Assembly (NCBI GenBank): GCA_025054695.1
Contig: JANWZI010000007.1
Location: 333-64,332, forward strand
Origin: Myxococcota bacterium
GTDB taxonomy: Bacteria > Myxococcota_A > Polyangia > Polyangiales > JANWZI01
DNA length: 64,000 nt
Direction: 5' to 3'
In this document: positions 56,399-64,000 of the stretch, one piece after another
Layout: each line of letters begins with the position of its first letter
Numbering within the stretch: the first letter of the stretch is position 1
The notes under the pieces: model-generated
What the model was told of the DNA's origin: nothing
Database searches by the model: none
What the model saw: only the letters and a program-made list of their open reading frames with translations
Program-made: the position numbers and the translations under genes

Positions 56399-57505
56399 TC
56401 AACCGCTCGCCCCGGGTCGCCCCTCGCTGACGCGCGTCCGAGGCAACCAGCTTCCTCCGTGCTGCTCCCGGAGCCAACGGAGCATGTGCTCGCGCAGCGC
56501 AAAGCGCAGATCGAAGAGCTGCCCGACCTCGGCGCTCGCCGTCAGGCGCAACTGCACCGCGCGATCGGTGCAGTCGCTGACCACGCAGCGGGCATGCCGG
56601 CGGCTCCAGGCCGGATGGCCCTCGAGGAATCGCATCATTTCCGCGCGGATGGCCTCCACGTCGGCCGTGAAATCCACCCAGAGGAACACGATCCCGACGA
56701 GGTCGCCCGGCTTGCGCGTCCAGTTGACGAACGGCCTGTCCAGAAACGTCGTCAGCGGAACGACCATCCGGCGCTCGTCCCACAATTGCACGAGCGCGTA
56801 CGTCAGACCGATCTCCTCGACGGTGCCCCATTCGCCTTCGATCACCACCGCGTCACCGACGCGCACCGGCTGGGTGAGCGAGAGCTGCAGCCCCGCGAAG
56901 ACCGAACCGAGCGAGCGCTGCGCGGCCAGGCCGAGCACGAGCGAGGCCGCGCCCGCGGATGCGAGCACCGACAGACCGAGCGAGCGCACGACGTCGAACT
57001 GCACGAGGGCGAGCCCCACGCCGACGACGACGACGACCACGCGCAGCACACGTCCGATGACCTGCGCCCGCGTCCGAAGCGCGCGCACCGAGTGCGGATC
57101 GACCCCCGCGTCCTGCGTTCGCCGCTCGATCGCCCACTGCACGAGGTCGACGAGCTTCCAGGCGAAGAACGCCGCGCCGAACGCGAGCAGCAACCGGCCC
57201 GCGAACGTCGCGACGAGCCGCGGGCCGGGCACGAGCCGCGGCAGCTCGTAGGCAAGACGCAACAGGGCCGCGAACAGACCGAAGCGAACCGGGGCGACGA
57301 AGAGGCGCACGGCCGTGTCGTCCCAGTCCGCGCGCGTGCGCGCGGCCAGCCGGCGCGCGCTCGCCCCCAGAAGGGCCGAGACGAGGCGGCCGAACGCATA
57401 GGCGACCGGAACCGCGAGCAGGAGCCAGAGCCACTGCCAGGCCGGAGCGCCGCCCACCGAAACGCCGAGGAACGCGAGCCAGGTCGGGAGATCGACGTCG
57501 AACAC
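56399..57505 (-). CDS. Mechanosensitive ion channel family protein (MscS-like)
   Basis: TM helices followed by the MscS beta-domain motif VRVGDAVVIEGEWGTVEEIGLTYALVQLWDERRMVVP. Confidence 0.9.
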   Translation of the reverse strand: MFDVDLPTWLAFLGVSVGGAPAWQWLWLLLAVPVAYAFGRLVSALLGASARRLAARTRADWDDTAVRLFVAPVRFGLFAALLRLAYELPRLVPGPRLVATFAGRLLLAFGAAFFAWKLVDLVQWAIERRTQDAGVDPHSVRALRTRAQVIGRVLRVVVVVVGVGLALVQFDVVRSLGLSVLASAGAASLVLGLAAQRSLGSVFAGLQLSLTQPVRVGDAVVIEGEWGTVEEIGLTYALVQLWDERRMVVPLTTFLDRPFVNWTRKPGDLVGIVFLWVDFTADVEAIRAEMMRFLEGHPAWSRRHARCVVSDCTDRAVQLRLTASAEVGQLFDLRFALREHMLRWLREQHGGSWLPRTRVSEGRPGASG

Positions 57506-57622
57506 GCGCCTCGTTTACATCGAAACGCAAAGGCGCGGTCGAGGCAGGCCCGAGCGGGTCAGGGCGCAGCCCAGGACGCTCGCCGGTGCTGAGCGGGATT
57601 TCGCGGCCAAGGCCGAAGCCGC

Positions 57623-57783
57623 GCCACGTCAACCCGCCCCCGAGCTCCCAGCGGCGGTCACGTTGCGTGACGTGGCCGAGGCCTGCTGCGAGGCCGAGTC
57701 CGAGACGGAGGCCGAGACCAAGGCCCAGGCCGAGACCAAGACCGAGTAGAAGGCGCGATCAACCAGACTGGCCGGCACTGTCA
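57623..57783 (-). repeat. Composite MITE-like element copy D (reverse orientation)
   Basis: Minus strand reads TGACAGTGCCGGCCAGTCTGGTTGATCGCGCCTTCTACTCGG, then a 12-unit array (57678-57749), then CGCAGCAGGCCTCGGCCACGTCACGCAACGTGACCGCCGCT. An extra inverted GCCACGTCA lies at 57623. Confidence 0.8.
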
Positions 57784-58338
57784 CTTCTCGCTCACGCGGC
57801 GCATCGGCACGGGGCGTCCCGCGGCGCGCAACGCAGCGGCGATCGCCTCGCCCAAATCGGCCCGATGCCCGTACCCCGCGGGCAGCTCGTAGACGCCTCG
57901 TTCACCCGTAGGCTGCCGGAACCGAATCCGTACGAATGCATGGACGACGTCGTTCGAGGGCACGACGTATTCGACGGCTTCGATGCGCTCGACGGGAATC
58001 CACGTCCGACGCGGCGTCGCATCGCCCGCGAAGTATTGATGCACGAACCCACTGTCGCGCACCTCGACGAAGAGCCGTCGGCGCGTGCGACGCTCCCGGA
58101 TCCAATCCTTGGCGAACCCCGCGCACGCCACCACCACGGCGACGCCGACGAGCGCCGTGCATCCCAATCCGGCCTTCTCGGTCCACGTCAGCTCGTACCA
58201 CGCGGCGGGCTCGACCTCCGGTAACCCTCGCGGTCGCACGTCGAATCCCCGGTGGAGCACGAGCGCCACCCCGACGACGACGAGCGCGGCAAGTGCCGCC
58301 GCCACGGCCAACGCGATCCCCACCACGAACGCCACCAT
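57781..58338 (-). CDS. Hypothetical membrane protein (2 TM plus cytosolic domain)
   Basis: Internal ATG (MVAFVVGIALAVAAALAALVVVGVAL) of track ORF 57781..58800. Its stop codon is the TGA of a repeat-element terminal motif. Confidence 0.55.
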   Translation of the reverse strand: MVAFVVGIALAVAAALAALVVVGVALVLHRGFDVRPRGLPEVEPAAWYELTWTEKAGLGCTALVGVAVVVACAGFAKDWIRERRTRRRLFVEVRDSGFVHQYFAGDATPRRTWIPVERIEAVEYVVPSNDVVHAFVRIRFRQPTGERGVYELPAGYGHRADLGEAIAAALRAAGRPVPMRRVSEK

Positions 58339-58439
58339 CGGCCAAGAGGGTGGCGTCTCCAGCACGCGGAGATGAACGCGGTCGCGGGCGGCCGATTGCC
58401 CCGTGCCCGTCTCGGCCCTGTCCTGCACCCGGTCGTCGA

Positions 58440-58865
58440 TCACGACGAGCGCGTCCGACGCAAGCGCACGCGCGTGCGACGATCGTAGCATGCGCGCGCT
58501 CGCTGGATGGCGGGACGGTACCGCTCCGCCCAAGCGGCCAGCCCCATGATCGGCTCGAGGAGCGTGCGCCCGAGCGGAGTCAGCGCGTACTGAACGCGCG
58601 GAGGCGCCGTGGGCAGCACGGTCCGCTTGACGATCCCGTCGCGCTCGAGTCCCCGCAGCGTCGCGGCGAGCATGCGCTGCGAAATCCCCTCGATCGACCG
58701 ACGCAACGCGCTGAACCGAAGTGGGCCGTCGCGCAGCAACGCCACGACGAGCACGCTCCACTTGTCGCCGATGCGCTCGAGCACGTCGCGCACGGGACAT
58801 GCGTCGCCCTGATCGACAGCGTTCTCACGACGGCCTGCGTCTCGACGGGTCGCGGCACCGCGCAC
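58440..58865 (-). CDS. HxlR family transcriptional regulator
   Basis: CPVRDVLERIGDKWSVLVVALLRDGPLRFSALRRSIEGISQRMLAATLRGLERDGIV winged-helix core. GTG start at 58865. Confidence 0.85.
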   Translation of the reverse strand: MRGAATRRDAGRRENAVDQGDACPVRDVLERIGDKWSVLVVALLRDGPLRFSALRRSIEGISQRMLAATLRGLERDGIVKRTVLPTAPPRVQYALTPLGRTLLEPIMGLAAWAERYRPAIQRARACYDRRTRVRLRRTRSS

Positions 58866-59154
58866 GGTCGGTGCCGAGAGTGTAACCCCGGCCGACCCGA
58901 CGCGAACGTACGAGCGTCGACCTGGCGCGACCCGTCCCCATCGAAACCGACCGCATCCATCACTCGAGCACGCGGGGCTGAGGGGTGTTTCGAGCCCGAG
59001 CCCGAGCCCACCGCACGCGACTGGGTGGTGCCTGCTCACAATCACCGTGTTGGGCACGATCCTCGCCGCGGTCGTGTTCCTCAGACCGCCCGCCCCCCTC
59101 GTCGCCGAGGTTTTCTAGCTGCTGCGTTGTTGACACCCGGGACCCGACACTCCG

Positions 59155-61806
59155 TTAGCGCAGCACGACGAGGTCCCGCGCATCGCCGGGGCGTCCGGCG
59201 CTGCCTGCGGAACCCGGTGAGTAGCCCCCGCGACCCGCGCGACCTCCGAGGCCGACGGCATCCACCTCGAGCCCCGCGCGCAACGACGTGAAGTACGCGT
59301 CCGAAACGACGCCGACGATCACGACGCCGTAGCTGCCTCCTCCGCAGCCGCCGCCGCCCCCTCCACCGGCTCCTCCGCGGCCGCCATCGCCGCCGCGCCC
59401 GCCGTTGCGCGCGCACCAGAACGTCGAGGTGCCCCCGCGTCCACCCACGCCCCCGCGTCCTCCATCGGCGCCGATACCTCCATCTCCGCCGTCGCCCCCG
59501 CTGGCCGTCACCACGCGCACGTCCTCGAGACCCGGGCCGCGGTCCCGACCCGACGCGAGGCGGATCGCAATCCCGACGCTGGCGCCACCGCCGCCGCCTC
59601 CACGCGCGCCCGGCGCACCGCATCCGCCGGATCCGCCCCCCCCACCGCTGCCACCCGACCGATCGGCGCAGCCCGCCTCGGTGCCCGCGATGACGTCGTA
59701 TCCCGCACCGGCCGTACCTCCACCACCGCCGGAACCGTCGGTGCCGTCGGCCCCATCACCGCCGTGGCCTGCGGACACTCGTCCCGACGACGGATCGAAA
59801 CGCTCCGATACGGCGCATCCCGCGCCCCCCGATCCGTCCATTCCGTCGGCGCCACGACCTCCATGCCCCCCCTCACGCGGCAGCGTCGGGTTGTCGTCGC
59901 AGAAATGGCAGACGCCGCGGTTCGTGGGCGAATTGTAAGTCAGCTCACCCGCCGCGCCGGGCGACGGGCCACGACCCGGTTGCGCGGGCGGATTGGACAC
60001 CGCCACGCGCCGCGCGGCATCGAGATCGCACACGCCGCCGACCGTGAAATCGGTGCATCCGGCGTTCCCGCAGGGAGCGCCGACGCGACATCCGGTCTCC
60101 GCGCAGGCCGCATCTCCTCCTCGCCCCCCGCCCACGTCGCGCCCGCGACACGCGTGCGTCCCCCCCGACCCACCGGGCAGCCGCGTACACTCCGCCCCCG
60201 AGGCGGGCGCGCGACCCTCGCCGCCGGGCCGGCCGTCGAGGTCGGCGAGCGAGCGCAGCCCCCACTCCGACAGTCGCTCGCTCGACGAGGCTCCTCGAGC
60301 GCCCGCTGCGCCGCGGCCCGCGACCACTTCCAGGGCGGCCAGAACCACCGACGGCCCGCACGCATCGAGGTAGACGGCGGTGCTCCCCTCGCCGGGTCCC
60401 GTCGCGTCCGAGCCGCGTACGACGAAGCCCTCGATGCGCGTAGGCGTCTCGACGCCGCGACAGCGCAAGACCGGCTCGCCGGGCCTGCCGCCGCCCTCGA
60501 GCACGACCGGGTACAGCGCGAGGTCGCGATCGCGGAAGTCGGACCGGTAGCCGCCGTACACGTCGACGCCCCCGACCACCGAGAACCCCGCGTAGCGCCC
60601 CGTCGCCACGAGCACGTCCTTGCCCTGGGCGCGCGCCCGTTCGACGGCGCGCTCGATGGTGCGCATGGGGCGCGCGAGCGTGCCCGGCTGACCGTCGTTG
60701 CCGGTCGGGGCGACGTAGACGTAGTCGTCCGCGTCGTCGACGACTCCGTCGCAGTCCGCGTCGCCTCCCAGCACCGGAGGCGGGCCGGTGCCGTCCCACC
60801 GCTCGCATTCGCACCCCGTGGCCGCGACGCCGTCGACGTCGACGAAACCCTCGAGGCACTCGGTCGCGCACCGGACCTCGCCGCCCTCGACGACGCAACG
60901 CGCGAGCATGTTCGGACCCGGCGGTGCGCACGGTCGGCCGCATTGTCCGCAGTGCGTCGGGCCCACATACCGCCCCGCCTCGTCGACGAAGTCCTCGTCG
61001 ACGTCGCCGTCGCAATCGTCGTCCTCGCCATTGCATGCTTCGCCCAGCACGGGCTCGCATGGACCGAATCCGTCCGGGCCGCAGGTGCGCGTCCCGGCAC
61101 AACGTCGTCCGTCCTCGCGCTCGACGGTGCACGCGACCACGAGCCCCACGTCGTCGGGGCCGCACTCGCAATCGCCGCCCACGGGCAAACAGCCCGTGCG
61201 CTCAAGTCCCGTTTCCGGATCGGACGTCGGCGCGCACACCGTGCCGGGGGCGCAGTCCGACGTCGCCTCGTCGCACGCGGGCACGCACCGGCCTGCATCG
61301 AGGGCACGCGCGCAGAACGCCTGCGGATCGCGCACCCGACAGGCCTCGTCCGAGGCGCACGGCAGACAGAGCGAGTCGACGAGGGGCAGACAGGCTCCGT
61401 CGGTCGAGGGATGCGTGCCCGGCGGACAGGCGACGAGCACGCAGCGCGGCCCCTCGTCGGTGTCGACTCGACACTCGGTCCGTTCGGCCGTCGGAAACGC
61501 GGCCGCGCACGACAGACCGCAGGAGCCGCAGTGCTCGGCCGACGCGTATCGACCCGCTGCGTCGAGGAAGTCTTCGTCGATTCGGCCGTCGCAGTCGTCG
61601 TCGAGGTAGTTGCAGCGCTCTTCGGTGGCGCACGGATGGCTCGCATAGCAGCCGACGAGGCCGACGCCTCCGACGCAGACGAGCACCGACCCGATGCCGC
61701 GGACGCCGCGTGCCGCGCTCACGCGCCGTGACGGCCCACCGCGCGCGTCGTGCGCGCGGGCCCACGCACCCGCGGTGCGATGCGACTCAGCGCACGATGA
61801 TTTCAT
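59155..61806 (-). CDS. Large secreted Cys-rich / right-handed beta-helix (DUF1565-like) / Gly-rich repeat protein
   Basis: Signal/lipobox IGSVLVCVGGVGLVGC. Two MopE-type motifs (CNYLDDDCDGRIDEDF, CNGEDDDCDGDVDEDF), each followed by HCGxCG. YVAPTGNDGQPGTLARPMRTIERAV beta-helix start. C-terminal GGxGG tracts. Start at ATG 61806, or a downstream GTG. Confidence 0.75.
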   Translation of the reverse strand: MKSSCAESHRTAGAWARAHDARGGPSRRVSAARGVRGIGSVLVCVGGVGLVGCYASHPCATEERCNYLDDDCDGRIDEDFLDAAGRYASAEHCGSCGLSCAAAFPTAERTECRVDTDEGPRCVLVACPPGTHPSTDGACLPLVDSLCLPCASDEACRVRDPQAFCARALDAGRCVPACDEATSDCAPGTVCAPTSDPETGLERTGCLPVGGDCECGPDDVGLVVACTVEREDGRRCAGTRTCGPDGFGPCEPVLGEACNGEDDDCDGDVDEDFVDEAGRYVGPTHCGQCGRPCAPPGPNMLARCVVEGGEVRCATECLEGFVDVDGVAATGCECERWDGTGPPPVLGGDADCDGVVDDADDYVYVAPTGNDGQPGTLARPMRTIERAVERARAQGKDVLVATGRYAGFSVVGGVDVYGGYRSDFRDRDLALYPVVLEGGGRPGEPVLRCRGVETPTRIEGFVVRGSDATGPGEGSTAVYLDACGPSVVLAALEVVAGRGAAGARGASSSERLSEWGLRSLADLDGRPGGEGRAPASGAECTRLPGGSGGTHACRGRDVGGGRGGDAACAETGCRVGAPCGNAGCTDFTVGGVCDLDAARRVAVSNPPAQPGRGPSPGAAGELTYNSPTNRGVCHFCDDNPTLPREGGHGGRGADGMDGSGGAGCAVSERFDPSSGRVSAGHGGDGADGTDGSGGGGGTAGAGYDVIAGTEAGCADRSGGSGGGGGSGGCGAPGARGGGGGGASVGIAIRLASGRDRGPGLEDVRVVTASGGDGGDGGIGADGGRGGVGGRGGTSTFWCARNGGRGGDGGRGGAGGGGGGGCGGGSYGVVIVGVVSDAYFTSLRAGLEVDAVGLGGRAGRGGYSPGSAGSAGRPGDARDLVVLR

Positions 61807-64000
61807 GCGCGCCTCCAGCCGCGCCGTCCGGGGCCGGCGCCCCTCCCTCGCCTCCGCGTCCAGGCACCCCACCGCGACCGAGCAGGAACGTGTTGTCGCG
61901 ACGCCATCGCCCGATGGTCGCCTCGTCGATCCGCATCCCCGTCACCCAGATGCCCACGCTGGCGCCGCCGCAACCCGCGCCGCCGCCACCGCCTGGTCCG
62001 CCGTCGCCGCCAGGGCCGCCCGGCCCGCCTGGAAACGGCCCCGCGAGCGTCGGCGTCGAGCGCGCCTCGCGCGGCACCGAGCCACCACGACCTCCGGCGC
62101 CCCCGCGCCCCCCCTCGCCGCCTGCACCTCCATCACCGCCGCGCCCACCGTCGGACGGCTGCAGCACGCATTGCTCGACCACCGGAGCCGCCCCCGCGGA
62201 GCGCGTGCGCCGCACCAGGAGTGCGACCGAGGGGCCACCGCTCGTCCCCGCAGCGCCGCCCTGCCCTCCACAACCTCCCGCTCCACCGCCACCACCTCCG
62301 CCGCCGAGTCCATCGGCGTACTCGCAAGAGCCCGCCGTCCACTCCATCACCGTTCCGCCGCCTGCGCCGCCCCCTCCGCCTCCACTTCCCGGACCCCCTG
62401 CGGTGCCCGCGGTCGCGCTCGCAGGCACCCACCGGTCGCCGTCGAATCGACCGAGTGGCTCGGTGCAGCTTCGTCCGGGCCGTCCTGCGCTTCCCGTTTC
62501 CCCGGGGCCGCCCGCCTGCGGGCCGGTGAACTCGGTCGGCACCTCGAAGTCGGCCAGCCCGCAGCACAGCCGGGTCGGGCAGCCACTTCCCGTAATGGGA
62601 CCTCGTGAGTCCATGCCCCCCCGTCCGCCCTGACCAGCCGCCGCACCGGGGGCTTCGCGTCCCGCCATCCCGGAGGGTTGCGTCGCCGCGAATCGAGGAC
62701 AGCGCGACGAGCCGCCCTGCCCGCCGGAGACATCTGTAGTCGAGCATACATTTCGTCCACCGGCGCCCCCGCGCACGACGTTACGGTCGTCGGGGACGCA
62801 CGCGTGCGTGGCGCTCTCGACCGCGGCGCGCGGGGGGTTCCCATCCATGCCGGACGGCCCCGATAAACCCGCCTGGCCGTCCCGGCCCGCGCTCCCCTCG
62901 CCCCCGACGCCCGCACGGATCCGTAGGCCGCGCAGCACGAGTCGTGACCCCGGATCGGTGAGCACCGCGCCGAAGGCCGGCGCGGACTCCGCGCTCGCGT
63001 CGAGGCCGCGCAGCGTCATCCACGCGACGGTCGTCGGACGAGTGCCCACGTTCTCGCCCACGAGCGCCGCACCGCCCGGTGCCGTCGTCCCGACCGGCGC
63101 GCGCACCTCGCTGACGTGGCCGTCGGGATCGAGCGCACGGAAGTCGCGCCGATAGCCACCGTGCATGTGCACGCCGTCGACGAGGTCGAGCGACTCGGCA
63201 TAGACGCCGGCAGCTACGAAGATCGCCGCGCGCACTTCCGGCTCGGCGAGCGACGCCGACGCGCGCCGCAACGCCTCGCCGATCGTCGCCAGCGGGCGCG
63301 AGGGCGAGCCGGGCGAATCGGGCGCGTCACTGCCATCGGGTGCCACGTACCAGCTGCGCACGACGACGCCGTCGGCCCCGTCGCAGTTGGCGTCGAGCGC
63401 ATCGCCCTCCGTGCCCGGCGGCCCGGGCGGATCGTCGGGCGAGCTGAAGCGACACTCGCATCCGTTGCGCGGATCACCGTCGGCGTCGACGCGGTCGCCT
63501 GGATGCAGCCCGTCGCGCGCGTCAGGACAGTCGAGCACACAGCGCGGCGCGAGCGGATCGCCGCCGCAGACGAACCCACCGGTCGGCAACCGCTCGCGCG
63601 TGCAATCGACGCCACAGGCTCCGCAGTGGCGCGGATCGACCCGGTAGATGCCGCGCGCGTCGACGAACGGGTCGTCGACGACGCCGTCGCAGTCGTCGTC
63701 CGCACCGTCACACAGCTCCTCGGGGGGCACGCAATCGGACAGGACGCCGCCTTCGCATCGCGCGCGGCCCACGCACCGCGTGCCGTCCGGTGCCTCGAGC
63801 GCGCACGCCACGTCGAACGCGTCGCCGGGCCCGCACGCGCAGCTTCCAGCGGCAGGCACGCACGAGCCGAGCACCGGATCGCACCGGTAGCCCTCCGGAC
63901 AGCCGCCTTCGCAGCCCACGACGCACCGGGGCTCGCCACCGACGGGCCTGCACGCCGCGCTCGCCGCCGTTCCACAGTCCGCGTCGGACACGCAGGGCAA
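61787..64000 (-). CDS. Paralog of the previous gene (Cys-rich / beta-helix / Gly-rich), 5 prime end beyond the window
   Basis: Same architecture: CDGADDDCDGVVDDPF plus HCGACG, YVAPDGSDAPDSPGSPSRPLATIGEAL, and long GGxGG tracts. The ORF is open to the window end. Confidence 0.75.
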   Translation of the reverse strand: MPCVSDADCGTAASAACRPVGGEPRCVVGCEGGCPEGYRCDPVLGSCVPAAGSCACGPGDAFDVACALEAPDGTRCVGRARCEGGVLSDCVPPEELCDGADDDCDGVVDDPFVDARGIYRVDPRHCGACGVDCTRERLPTGGFVCGGDPLAPRCVLDCPDARDGLHPGDRVDADGDPRNGCECRFSSPDDPPGPPGTEGDALDANCDGADGVVVRSWYVAPDGSDAPDSPGSPSRPLATIGEALRRASASLAEPEVRAAIFVAAGVYAESLDLVDGVHMHGGYRRDFRALDPDGHVSEVRAPVGTTAPGGAALVGENVGTRPTTVAWMTLRGLDASAESAPAFGAVLTDPGSRLVLRGLRIRAGVGGEGSAGRDGQAGLSGPSGMDGNPPRAAVESATHACVPDDRNVVRGGAGGRNVCSTTDVSGGQGGSSRCPRFAATQPSGMAGREAPGAAAGQGGRGGMDSRGPITGSGCPTRLCCGLADFEVPTEFTGPQAGGPGETGSAGRPGRSCTEPLGRFDGDRWVPASATAGTAGGPGSGGGGGGAGGGTVMEWTAGSCEYADGLGGGGGGGGAGGCGGQGGAAGTSGGPSVALLVRRTRSAGAAPVVEQCVLQPSDGGRGGDGGAGGEGGRGGAGGRGGSVPREARSTPTLAGPFPGGPGGPGGDGGPGGGGGAGCGGASVGIWVTGMRIDEATIGRWRRDNTFLLGRGGVPGRGGEGGAPAPDGAAGGAHEIIVR

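Noticed and set aside
1-64000. Prophage, integrative element or genomic island
   Set aside because: No integrase, transposase, phage structural or conjugation genes are present, and there is no tRNA attachment site. GC content is uniform apart from the 65-bp dip at 38526-38590 and mildly relaxed GC3 at 53722-54720.

Overview
High-GC (about 70 percent) bacterial chromosome segment with myxobacterial hallmarks: MopE-type Cys-rich motif proteins, a MYXO-CTERM-like tail, a TIGR02265-like paralog, an AgmX/PglI-like TonB-C protein, and many TPR proteins and lipoproteins. I call about 62 CDS, mostly on the minus strand and often translationally coupled by ATGA/GTGA overlaps. Most are housekeeping: livKHMGF, a FliA-family sigma factor plus a CheY-like receiver, an NAD-linked formate dehydrogenase (fused NuoE/F subunit plus Cys-type FdhA), phoD, gltX, argG, thiolase, NAD kinase, Nudix, transaldolase and dnaK. 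Also present are an ECF sigma/anti-sigma pair next to a tetra-haem cytochrome, an orphan Dam-family methyltransferase, mlaEF, thiS-thiG-thiE, yceD-rpmF-fabH-fabG-acpP-fabF-rpiB, MscS, HxlR, and two tandem giant Cys-/Gly-rich beta-helix paralogs. I saw no tRNA, rRNA, CRISPR, transposase or integrase. The stand-out signal is not a gene. About half of the intergenic gaps carry imperfect arrays with a strict 6-nt period (unit GAG-N-C-S, e.g. GAGTCC/GGACTC). Several arrays are bracketed by conserved modules of about 40 nt ending in a 12-nt inverted terminal motif, TGACAGCGSCGG. This looks like a MITE-like composite repeat family, and its termini repeatedly coincide with stop codons of neighbouring genes. 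I do not recognise it as a described repeat class but cannot search databases. The many long antisense ORFs in the track are GC artefacts.
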